Part shown: piece after piece, positions 43,901 to 54,716 of the stretch
How the letters are laid out: each line of letters begins with the position of its first letter
Position numbering within the stretch: the first letter of the stretch is position 1
Source of the DNA: Macrostomum lignano
Lineage: Eukaryota
Length of the DNA: 64,000 nucleotides
Direction of reading: 5' to 3'
Assembly: GCA_002269645.1 (NCBI GenBank)
Contig: NIVC01001315.1
Span: forward strand, 124,001-188,000
The notes under the pieces: generated by a model
Database searches by the model: none
Told to the model about the DNA's origin: nothing
The model's input: only the letters and a program-made list of their open reading frames with translations
Made by a program: the position numbers and the translations under genes

Positions 43901-46900
43901 CAGGTTGATTAGATCCAGGTTGAGTAGATCCAGGTTGAGTAGATCCAGGTTGATTAGATTCAGGTTGATTAGATCCAGGTTGATTAGATCCAGGTTGAGT
44001 AGATCTAGGTTGATTATATTCAAGTTGATTGGATCCAGGTTGATTAGATCCAGGTTGATTAGATCCAGGTTGACTAGATCCAGGTTGAGTAGATCCAGGT
44101 TGATTAGACCCAGATTGAGTAGATCCAGGTTGATCAGATCCAGGTTGATTAGATCCAGGTTGATTGGATCCAGGTTGATTAGATCGAGGTTGATTAGATC
44201 GAGGTTGATTGGATCCAGGTTGATTAGATCGAGGTTGATTAGATCGAGGTTGATTAGATCCAGGTTGATTAGATCCAGGTTGAGTAGATCCAGGTTGATT
44301 AGATCCAGGTTGATTAGATCCAGGTTGATTAGATCCAGGTTGATTGGATCCAGGTTGATTGGATCCAGGTTGATTGGATCCAGGTTGATTGGATCCAGGT
44401 TGATTGGATCCAGGTTGATTAGATCCAGGTTGATTAGATCCAGGTTGGTTGGATCCAGGTTGATTGGATCCAGGTTGATTGGATCCAGGTTGATTGGATC
44501 CAGGTTGATTGGATCCAGGTTGATTAGATCCAGGTTGATTAGATCCAGGTTGGTTGGATCCAGGTTGATAAGATGAATATTTCGGCCATCCTGATCAATG
44601 GTCTTGAAAATAGTAGTGAAAAGCCTGAGAGGTGCATGTCAATTGCTGTACTGAACTTTTTGTCAAACAAACTTTTTCATTTGCTCAAATTGCAGCCCAA
44701 GCCAGTTTAGCAGGTGAGAATTCAATACTTCCGCACCAAATTGACCGGTTCGCAAGTTTTATAATAGTTTATGCAGAACTAATTCGGTTATAGCTCAGCT
44801 ATACTACTCATCAATAGTCAGTGCGCTTGTATTTATTTATTTAACCGTGAATTAAACTTGAGTTCGAGCTGGTCAGCCATCGGTACTGCAGCTAATCTAA
44901 CCGCCGATTGCAGCCGCGTATAAATGATGCTGATAATTTATTGTAGCAACTGTCACCCTGCCCCTCTGCTCACGAACATGCGCTTAGTTAACCTTTACCT
45001 TAACCCTCAGTTATGACTCAGTGCCCCGTGAGTAGCGAATGTTTTTGGACCGCTACTTAGCCTCTTGTTGTGTGCGTTGCGTAACACGGAGCTGATCCCC
45101 GCACTGAGCTGATCCCCACACGGAGCTGATCCCACACGGAGCTGATCCCCGCACTGAGCTGATCCCCACACGGAGCTGATCCCCGCACGGAGCTGATCCC
45201 CACACGGAGCTGATCCCACACGGAGCTGATCCCCGCACTGAGCTGATCCCCACACGGAGCTGATCCCCGCACGGAGCTGATCCCCACACGGAGCTGATCC
45301 CCACACGGAGCTGATCCCACACGGAGCTGATCCCCGCACTGAGCTGATCCCCACACGGAGCTGATCCCACACGGAGCTGATCCCCGCACTGAGCTGATCC
45401 CCACACGGAGCTGATCCCCGCACTGAGCTGATCCCCACACGGAGCTGATCCCACACGGAGCTGATCCCCGCACTGAGCTGATCCCCACACGGAGCTGATC
45501 CCCGCACGGAGCTGATCCCCACACGGAGCTGATCCCCACACGGAGCTGATCCCACACGGAGCTGATCCCCGCACTGAGCTGATCCCCACACGGAGCTGAT
45601 CCCCGCACTGAGCTGATCCCCACACGGAGCTGATCCCCGCACTGAGCTGATCCCCACACGGAGCTGATCCCAACACGGAGCTGATCCCCACACGGAGCTG
45701 ATCCCCACACGGAGCTGATCCCCACACGGAGCTGATCCCCACACGGAGCTGATCCCACACGGAGCTGATCCCACACGGAGCTGATCCCCGCACGGAGCTG
45801 ATCCCCACACGGAGCTGGTCCCCACACGGAGCTGATCCCACACGGAGCTGATCCCCACACGGAGCTGATCCCCACACGGAGCTGATCCCCACACGGAGCT
45901 GATCCCCACACGGAGCTGATCCCCACACGGAGCTGATCCCCACACGGAGCTGATCCCCACACTGAGCTGATCCCCACATGGAGCTGATCCCCACACGAAG
46001 CTGATCCCACACGGAGCTGATCCCCACACGGAGCTGATCCCCGCACGGAGCTGATCCCCACACGGAGCTGGTCCCAACACGGAGCTGATCCCCACACGGA
46101 GCTGATCCCCACACGGAGCTGATCCCCGCATGGAGCTGATCCCCACACGGAGCTGATCCCCACACGGAGCTGATCCCACACGGAGCTGATCCCCGCACGG
46201 AGCTGATCCCCACACGGAGCTGGTCCCCACACGGAGCTGATCCCACACGGAGCTGATCCCCACACGGAGCTGATCCCCACACGGAGCTGATCCCCACACG
46301 GAGCTGATCCCCACACGGAGCTGATCCCCACACGGAGCTGATCCCCACACGGAGCTGATCCCCACATGGAGCTGATCCCCACATGGAGCTGATCCCCACA
46401 CGGAGCTGATCCCTGCACGGAGCTGATCCCCACACGGAGCTGATCCCCACACGGAGCTGATTCCCACACGGAGCTGATCCCCACATGGAGCTGATCCCCA
46501 CACGGAGCTGATTCCCACACGGAGCTGATCCCCACACGGAGCTGATCCCCACACGGAGCTGATCCCCACACGGAGCTGATCCCACACGGAGCTGATCCCC
46601 ACACGGAGCTGATCCCACACGGAGCTGATCCTCACATGGAGCTGATCCCCACATGGAGCTGATCCCCACACGGAGCTGATCCCCACACGGAGCTGATCCC
46701 CATTCTCATTGATCCCATCCCACCGATCCCCACCCCGCAGACAGGAGGAGCTGACCCCAGCCTTGCTCTGCCGCCTCGCCGTGGAGCCGGTGAACAAGCT
46801 GGGCTTTCTCGCCTTCGTCAAGGACTGCCTGCGCCACTGCGCGCGCCACTTCGACTTCTACGGTCGAATCCGCGACGGCGCCCCGGTAGCAGCGATGCGC

Positions 46901-47134
46901 CCGGAGACGGCCGTGCAGCTGTTTGAGGCGCTGGACGCCCTGAACCGAATTCTGCTGGCCAGCCCGGAGGCCTGGGAGAGCGCCAGGGCCTGTCAGGAGC
47001 TGCTGGTGGAGGTGCGGCACTTCCTGCACCGCAGCCGGGTGGCCGCCTGCCTGCGCCGCGACCTTCCTCTGCGCACCGCCTTCCTTGGCCTCGCCGACGA
47101 CCTCCGCCGCAACCTGCAGCTGCACCTCGCCTGA
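37907..47134 (+). CDS. C12orf56/DUF4551-like protein; exons 37907-38367, 40006-41542, 42535-42755, 44696-44713 (microexon), 46741-47134
   Basis: LKRYFIVKKLFWETPRL, CSFEETEALSSRQRSL and FVKDCLRH resemble recalled human C12orf56 segments (NFILKRLFWKTSDL, FRETETESSRLNTL, ILKSCLRH). Junctions are GT-AG with phases 2, 0, 2, 2. Divergent from UCK. Confidence 0.75.
38372..39970. repeat. 33-bp minisatellite (gttgtgcagtgtgacagctggtgcagatcggct), about 48 copies, intron 1
   Basis: 11-aa periodicity in the pseudo-ORFs. Confidence 0.96.
41645..42515. repeat. 33-bp minisatellite (ctctaccaaactccgctatctaccatctccacc), intron 2
   Basis: Direct reading. Confidence 0.94.
42845..44575. repeat. 15-bp minisatellite (ggttgattagatcca), about 115 copies, intron 3
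   Basis: Direct reading. Confidence 0.96.
45085..46700. repeat. 17/18-bp minisatellite (cacggagctgatcccca), intron 4
   Basis: Direct reading. Confidence 0.96.
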
Positions 47135-47184
47135 CGGGAGACTGACGGGAGGTCCACGTCTGACCGCTGAAACTTACATTTTAC

Positions 47185-47555
47185 CTGACTGACATCCCAC
47201 CTGACTGACATCCCACCTGACTGACATCCCACCTGACTGACATCCCACCTGACTGACATCCCACCTGACTGACATCTCACCTGACTGACATTCCACCTGA
47301 CTGACATCCCACCTGACTGACATCCCACCTTACTGACATCCCACCTGACTGACATCCCACCTGACTGACATCCCACCTGACTGACATCCCACCTGACTGA
47401 CATCCCACCTGACTGACATCCCACCTGACTGACATCCCACATTACTGACATCCCACCTGACTGACATTCCACCTGTCTGACATCCCACCTGACTGACATC
47501 CCACCTTACTGACATCCTACCTGACCCCTGACTGACATCTTACCTGACCCCTGAT
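47185..47555. repeat. 16-bp minisatellite (ctgactgacatcccac) just 3' of the stop codon
   Basis: Direct reading. Confidence 0.93.
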
Positions 47556-48259
47556 AAGCGCTCGGCAGGTTCCCAGCCTCAGCTTTTTTGGGCCAATGAA
47601 ATTTTTACGGACTGAATATCAATGAAAGCAAATGCAGTGATTAACATATCGTTGCTTTAAAAAGTCATCAGTTCTCTCTTTATTAATTATTTGTCTGCTT
47701 TAACACCCTTAACAGTTCCCACTTCACTTCCAAGATGTAATGCTATATATAAGCTCAAACGTTTTCGCGTTCCGATGTTACTTTCCTTGCAACATTATCT
47801 GGTACTTCATTGACAAAATATTTATTAATATACAAATTAGTTGGTAAAAAAGCCTTTCTATTTGTTTCACAACATAGCCAAGAATTTGCGAAAACGACTT
47901 TTAAACTCCCGATTGGTTGAACTGCTTCAATAGCGCTCAAGCACAGCTTACAGACCGGGTCCGCAGTACGAGTACAAAAATGTGCTCCAACCACTGATTG
48001 TTTCAGCTTCTGACAGTCTGAGCGCGGGTGCGGTTGAGGGCGGGAGGGGCTGACAGCGAGAGAGGCTGAGGGCTTGAAGGGCTGAGGGCGGGAGGATCCC
48101 ATGGCCAAGGCTGACTCGACCGGTTCTTTTACTGGTCCCCTGCCCGTGGTCCCCATCACAACCGCCGTTGTCACCACTCCAATCAACCGTGGGTGACTTG
48201 AAAGCACAAGGACAGGTGGGCCAACGTCCCTGACTGTCGGCAATCTCGCGCGGCTGTTC

Positions 48260-48700
48260 CCTGTCCTCCCCTGCCCTCCGCAAGGCCCTGTTTGGACTCA
48301 ACCGCAGGGACATCAGGGCGGTGAGCTTGCCCACTTGGGTCATGCTGTTTTTCCAGGCAACGGCAACCTCCAGAGAAAAATCCGTAGCGAGGAATGCCAT
48401 TTTGCCTCTCCGCGATGTCGAGAATGCGGAGCACTTCCTTTGTGAATGCCCGCCTTTACTCAGGACAGGCTCACTTACCTCTGCCCAAACCCTGGATCTC
48501 TCCATAGCCCTCCTCCTGGACTCTCCGGAGGACCGGACACTGGCAGCAGGATCTCCCTGCGAGACGCCACAGCACCATGCAGCTGCCCGTGGACGCCAGG
48601 GGCTGGCGAAATGGGCGGCGACGCTTCTCCACTGTATCCGGATGCACCGGAACCCCCTGCAGCTGAGTCCAGTAGGTCAAGCTAGGGCTGTGGGCGCGGG
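48260..48700 (+). mobile_element. Degraded 3' end of a non-LTR retrotransposon ORF2 (CCHC zinc-knuckle region, I/R1/LOA-like)
   Basis: Frameshifted pieces [13 protein letters not shown].. / LGHAVF..LQRKIRSEECHF / ENAEHFLCECP fit the L..GH...C..C....E..EH.LC.CP pattern of LINE C-termini. Confidence 0.55.
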
Positions 48701-50027
48701 AGGGTGTGTGGACTGGAGTTGCGCAGATTGATGCCATTTTGTGCTACATGTACGCAATAGCCAGTGCTATAGTTTGAGCAGAGTCAAATTCCACCCGCAC
48801 CCCCAATCCATCCCTCAGGCAGGAGAATTAAACACATTTATATTTATAAATGCGAGTTTTGTAATTAGTTAACGTATAGGAGAACTTCTGGAATTTAATT
48901 TGTACTCTACGGGGAAATTTCTAGAAATAAATATAATTCCTAATGCATCGAACTTTCGCGAAGGTCACTACAAGGTCATCGAGCAGCAACGCAACACGAG
49001 GTCGCATCGCGCTTACATGTAAACGTTGGAGGCGACCCAAAAGAGCCGCTCAGTTGTGAGGCTTTCAGCCCAGAGCACCAATTAGCCAGCATGCTCATTC
49101 TGCCAGCCCCGGCCCCCGGATCTCAACAGCTGACCTGCCTCACCAACGCATCCTCTCAATGGCGGTGCATGGATGGACTCTGAAATTACTTGACTGAGAA
49201 TAGGATTGGAATTCAAGTGGGAATCCAATCGAAGCAATCTTTTAACTTAAATACGCTCGTAGAGCGAAAAGAAACTGAGCAATAGTACTGTAAAATCGAC
49301 TGAGTTATTGGCACATTCTGTGTAAAAGTACAAATAAAAATGATTACAAACAATGACTGAGATAAGAAAGTTTGCAAAACTGTGTTTGGGGAGGAATTTC
49401 TGCTTTAGATTAAAGACAAAGATCTTCTTGGCTTAGTTAGTTAGAATCTATTTAGTTACCGGTAGTATTGGGTCACAATGACAGGTTAATGGAGTTTATT
49501 AGTGGTAAATACGCGTCTTTAAATAAATAAAAACTTATTAAAGCTACGCTATTTCAACACCACTTGCATGTCACGAAAGCACTGAATAGATTTTCCATAC
49601 TCAAATCATTATAATAGAAAGTTTAAAGAATAAAACTTCACACCAGTCTCGAGCAGCATGGGGGACACGAGCATGGATGAAGGAATAGAAAGAAAGGATC
49701 GCTCATCTGAAAGCGAGTCTATGGCCAAGATTTTCTTAAAATTTGGATATTCCCCCCATGATTTTCATTGGCTGCTGCAATTTAATGTCCCCCCCTCGCC
49801 TAAGTTCTTACTGGCTGAAGCTTGTACTCGGAGGACATTCCAGGCACGATGTATGATTATCAAGAGTGTGTGAGGCGTGAACTCTCTATAGTGGAATTGT
49901 GTCTAGTTTCGTTTGGGCCACAAACGATTGCGTCGACGGAAATGGTGAACTAAGTAAATTTTTGCGCGCCTTTCAGGCATCGAAACAGGAATACAACAGA
50001 TTGCTTATGTAGTGATCCGCTAGTTGA

Positions 50028-51018
50028 TGTTAGGCGTCCCACTTTGTCAGCAGTCTCCCTCGCCCTCGCCCTGGGTTGCTGTCTGCCGCTGGTCAGCTTC
50101 CCACCCCCCTTGGCCCGTCTGTTGCTGCCCTTGGCCTGTTCTGCCCTTCTGCGTCTCTGTTCTCAGCCCTCAGCTTCTCTGCTGTGGGCTGTCTCTGTTT
50201 CGTTCCCGTCCCGTTTTCCTCTGTCATGTGAGCAAGTCACATGACAGACTCTGCGTTCTTCGAGTCCTAAAGTGCAGTAAACATGTTTACTGCACTCGTT
50301 GGCCCTGTTTACCGGGAGAATCACGTGCTTTCGGACCCCTCCCTTCTCTAAGGAGAGGAGTGACTCATGTTGCTAAAAATAGCAACTGAGTCACAGCCGC
50401 GTGTACTCTGGCCGGAGACCTCAAGTGACGTCAGTTCTACAAATAGAACGAGTCACGAGGTCTTGCGCGCACTGAGACCTGCCTCGAGATCTCAAGTGAC
50501 GTCAGTTCTAAAAATAGAACAAGTCACGAGGTCTTGTGCGTGGGTGTTTCCCGGCTATAAATAGGACCCCTCTCCCCTTGTTTCCGTCAAGGATTTGGCT
50601 TCTTATCTGCGGAGAATTCACTAAGATCCCGTGTGCGTCAGTGTCTAACTAAGTGCCCTTTGCGTACTGAATCCATTTGTACTGGTCTGACTGAGACCCC
50701 ACTAAAGCCCAAGCCTAAGGGAGGCTAACACTGCCTTCCCAGCCACCCCTGAGCCCGGCGGGGATCTGCTGATCAGGACGCCTTGTTCATTAATCTGCAA
50801 ATCTGCACGCTGTGCTGAGTTCGTTGACTTGTTTATTTCGTTCCGACGGGAAGCTCACCTCATCGAAGGCCGAGACCTGAAGGAACTGGTGGCAGCACTA
50901 CCTACGCTACTGAGTTGAGAGAACTTCCCACTGAAGAGGCTCGAGACTTAAGGTAATCTTAAGTGCCTAAACCGGGAAGAAACCCCATTGTACTTCACTG
51001 GTGGCAGCGGTGGGATTC
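50028..51018 (+). mobile_element. LTR retrotransposon 5' LTR (about 50028-50997) plus tRNA-Leu primer-binding site; no gag/pol follows
   Basis: Starts TGTTAG and ends TTCA at 50997, then TGGTGGCAGCGGTGGGATTC (50999-51018), complementary to a tRNA-Leu 3' end. Internal TATAAATA at 50556 and a 71-bp duplicated block with TGACGTCA. The left boundary is uncertain. Confidence 0.65.
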
Positions 51019-51990
51019 AAAGACCTACCAGGCCCCATGCAATACCCCATCTACCCCACAAGAAAACCCCATCTATAACACTTATCTCTATGGACAATAC
51101 AATAGAATAGTAAACTAATACAATAGTCTATGGTCAAGCCGCCCCCATCTTTGGATATTCCCAACGGGTTATATTTGGATATACCCATTTGCAGATAAGC
51201 AATCTGTATATTCCTGTATCAATGCGTTTGCGAGGATATTTTTTATTCAATACAACAAAGCTGAATAAACAGATTGTATTGTACGAAAACGGCCGTAACG
51301 TGGGCATAATGAAACGTGGACCAATTGTTCCGCAATAATCGATGAGTAGAGCTAGAATCGACAATAGTTACACTCACATCGGCCGAATTGCATGGTTTGT
51401 TCCGCATGGGATCCTCGGGGCAAGCCTCTTCTTCGCTTGGCAGTGGTGGCAGAGCATCATCGTTACCGCATTCAATGAATCGGATGAACTCCATCAACTC
51501 TTCGTCATCCGCCTCGTCACGTCCACCCATACTCAAGTCGCTGAGAAAGTTGACCTCATTTCCATTCAAGCCGTCAATGCTTTCAATCGGCAAATTCGAC
51601 CAATTTATCATTCGTATGAGTGGCATGAGTAGAGGTTAGGGCAAACAGAAGAAACAGGAACATGCATCCTCTGCTGCAGAGTTCCAGCTTATAAGACCAC
51701 AACTTCATTTAACATGTTTTGTCTATGGTAATTTCAGACTGTTCCGCTTAACTTTTCGTTACAGACGTTTAGTCTATGGCCATCATTTGGCTTGCGCCAA
51801 GTGGAAAATGCCTATGACACAAATCCCTAGAATCACTTAGTGAACAATTCCCGTCTGGGAAGTTGTGTCCTAGCCGTTTTGAATTGGTTTTTGGACGAAA
51901 CTAGACACAATTAACGTTAGACATTTACTGCTTTCTTCCTCTGTGCTACGACGGCTTAAGGGAAAGAAATTAGCATTCCCCCAAGTACAA

Positions 51991-53064
51991 GGGGTCTATG
52001 AAATTTGCTTTCGAGAAGTTTGCTTGCCGAAGTCTGCTTGCGGGACTTTTTCTTGCCGAACTTTGCTTGCCGAACTTTGCTTGCGGAATTTCGCCTGCCG
52101 AAGTTTGCTTGCCGAAGTCTGCTTGCGGGACTTTTGCTTGCCGAGCTTTGCTTGCCGAATTTTGCTTGCCGAGCTTTGCTTGCCGAATTTTGCTTGCAGG
52201 AAATTTGCTTGCCGAACTTTGCTTGAAGAAATTTTGCTTGCCGAGATTTGCCAGCCACAGTTTTCTTGCAGAACGTTGAAGAACCTATTATTGAGCTCGT
52301 GCATTTCTAATTTTTTCTAAGATTCGTGGAAGTCGCCCATAGTGTTATGATTTTGTATGAGGATATGGCGGATTTGAAAAGCCCTAATGCAGAAATGGAA
52401 TAATTTAGTTTTTTACTGGGAATACATTTTCAACAAAAATTGGACACAATTTCGAACAATGCACATATCGAATGATTTAGACAGCGAACTGTACAGAATA
52501 GATTTTTTGGAAATGAGCGTACATTGTACATCAATGTACATTATTTCTATGTACTAAATTCTTGAATGAAATTCTATAAGCCTAGTTTGAAAGCTTAGTG
52601 TCAAGTCAGTTTCCGTCGCGACGCTGATAAGAATCCACTTGCAAAGCATCTGTAGTAAGTAATAATTGACGGACCAACTTCACAAGCAATCAAAACAAGC
52701 AAGCAGACAAGAAAATATTCTAATTCGGCAAGTTAAAACCTTGCAATTGTGATTGCGAATTTCTAGGAAGCAGACATCAAAATTCCGCAAGCAAAGTTCG
52801 GCAAGCAAAATTCCTGCAAGCAAATTTCCTGCAAGCAAAATTCCGCAAGAAAACTTCGGCAAGCAAACTTCGGCAAGCAAAATTCGGCAAGCAAAGCTCG
52901 GCAAGCAAAGTTCGGCAAGCAAAATTCCTGCAAGCAAATTTCCTGCAAGCAAAATTCCGCAAGAAAACTTCGGCAAGCAAACTTCGGCAAGCAAAATTCG
53001 GCAAGCAAAGCTCGGCAAGCAAAGTTCGGCTAGCAAAATTCCGCAAGCAAACGTCGTACTCCCC
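51991..53064. mobile_element. Foldback/MITE-like element with inverted subterminal arrays of TTTGCTTGCCGAA
   Basis: Array 52000-52250 and reverse-complement array 52780-53050. Ends GGGGtctatgaaaTTTGCT and (reverse complement) GGGGagtacgacgTTTGCT. No clear TSD. Confidence 0.6.
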
Positions 53065-54716
53065 AAAAATTGTATCGATAGGTATAGCAAGCGAGCTTTT
53101 GTCAGCACTGCAAGTCTATGGCCATGCACAAAGCCTGACAACGCAGGAACTCCCCCCCCCCCTGCATCACAGTGGAAAGTCGTCAGGACCTTGAAAGGTC
53201 TCCGTTCTAGCTGCTGCATTTTATTGGTTGTAGGAATTAGACAAGAATTGTGCCTCACCAAGAATCCAACCCAGGTCAGAGAGCAAATTAATCTCCAAAT
53301 CAGTTTTCCATCATTATGAGAGTCAAAGTCCTTCTTCATGAAGACGATCCAGTTGACGAGCTTCAGCTGGTAGCACGTCGAAGATAACGTTGTGAAGGTC
53401 TGCGGTCGATCTAAGTTTAATAAGTGTATTGTATTTGCTGTAATGTTCATAAATCCATAAAAGCTTAGGTTTGAGAATGATGCCAGGAACAGAGAAGCTG
53501 CTACTGTCTACAGGTGTGTCGTAAGTGAGATGAAGTAGTGTACTGTAGGTCGGGCAAATAGTTGCAGTTAGAAACTTTAAGTTTCACTTCTCTCAGAACT
53601 CAGGTACCCCTGGGCGAGCTCAAGAAGGTGCAGTGAGACTTGAGTTGAACTTAAAGTTGTTCAGCTAGCGGCAATTTCTACTAGTACTGTATAGCGAGAC
53701 CCGTGATAATGCAACATACCTAGCAGCAAACGAAACAGCAACCAGAGCAGCAAGCCAAGCAATTATATGATTGAAGTTGAGCCAGTTGAGCCAGTTGAGC
53801 AAAGAGCCAGTTGCATGAAATTATGTACAATGTAGGTTTGGTGTCATATGCCTCTGAGGGGGGGGGGGTTCTTACGTATACCGCCGTACGGTTTTCGTAC
53901 CCGTCCAGCTTCAACCGCACCTGCCAAAAAACTGAGAACCTGCCCTGATCCTGGATTAAGTTATGGAGGATTGAAAAAGGTGACCCATCGACTCAAGGAT
54001 GCATCCCTTTGGTGCCCCTTGCATGGTGTCAGCTGCAGTCAGAGGACCAAACAGATCGATCGGATCACGAGAGAAGTGTAGAGAACATGCAGACAGAGGC
54101 TACACTGTATGTAATACATGGAAGTAAAAAACAGAAAAATTAAAGTGGTTCAGGGCCGCTTTTACGTCACCGGACTATATTTTGTATAAACCACATTAAT
54201 TTTTCGGCTTTTACGCCGACGCCGTCCAATTGTGCTTGACAACTAATGTCCATCTTGCAGAGCTGTTTTACTTGTTAAAAATATAGTAATTTTTTGAAAT
54301 ATCTCTCTGATTAATTAGTTATCAAGAAAAACAACTTTTTACTAAAAGCAAAATATTTTTCGTTTAAATTGTTTCTGTTAATTTCGTACTGAGCAGCTAT
54401 TAGCTTTCGCACACATTTAAACTGCCGTGATATCTTACTGTAATGTTATGTCGTGCAGCATGTTAGTCCGTGTAATACGAACATCAAATTACATTGTTTT
54501 AAGTTTGATCGCCCGGTAATCAATTTTACTACCTTTTCTCTCCTTTCAATGTACACTGTTCAATTCTCATTTTAAAGTTTCTGTGAATTTAAATATATAA
54601 AATTCAGTAGGTTCAGTAAGCCATTGCCCATAGTAGGTTTTAATTTTGCCTAGCTAGCAATAGTCGTATAGATTTTAGCACATAATTTGCAATATTGCGT
54701 GATTTGTGACTAAAAA

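Noticed and set aside
38254-46821. Long periodic ORFs (SAPAVTLHNSR, STLYQTPL, RSRLI/NLDLI, GSAPCGDQLRV)
   Set aside because: Translations of intronic minisatellites, open on both strands and bounded by splice sites of the DUF4551 gene.
49010-49250. GC-richer island that may be a SINE/LINE/Penelope end
   Set aside because: No A/B boxes, tail, TSD or ORF motif could be supported without a database search.
50999-51021. tRNA-Leu-like sequence
   Set aside because: Only about 20 nt complementary to the 3' end including CCA, directly after an LTR-like CA end: a PBS, not a tRNA gene.
51243-51626. 127-aa acidic minus-strand ORF after the LTR
   Set aside because: No recognisable gag, transposase or host motif and no supported splice structure.
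53571-53662. Short imperfect hairpin (aactttaagtt ... aacttaaagtt)
   Set aside because: Too short and degenerate to tell from chance in AT-rich DNA.
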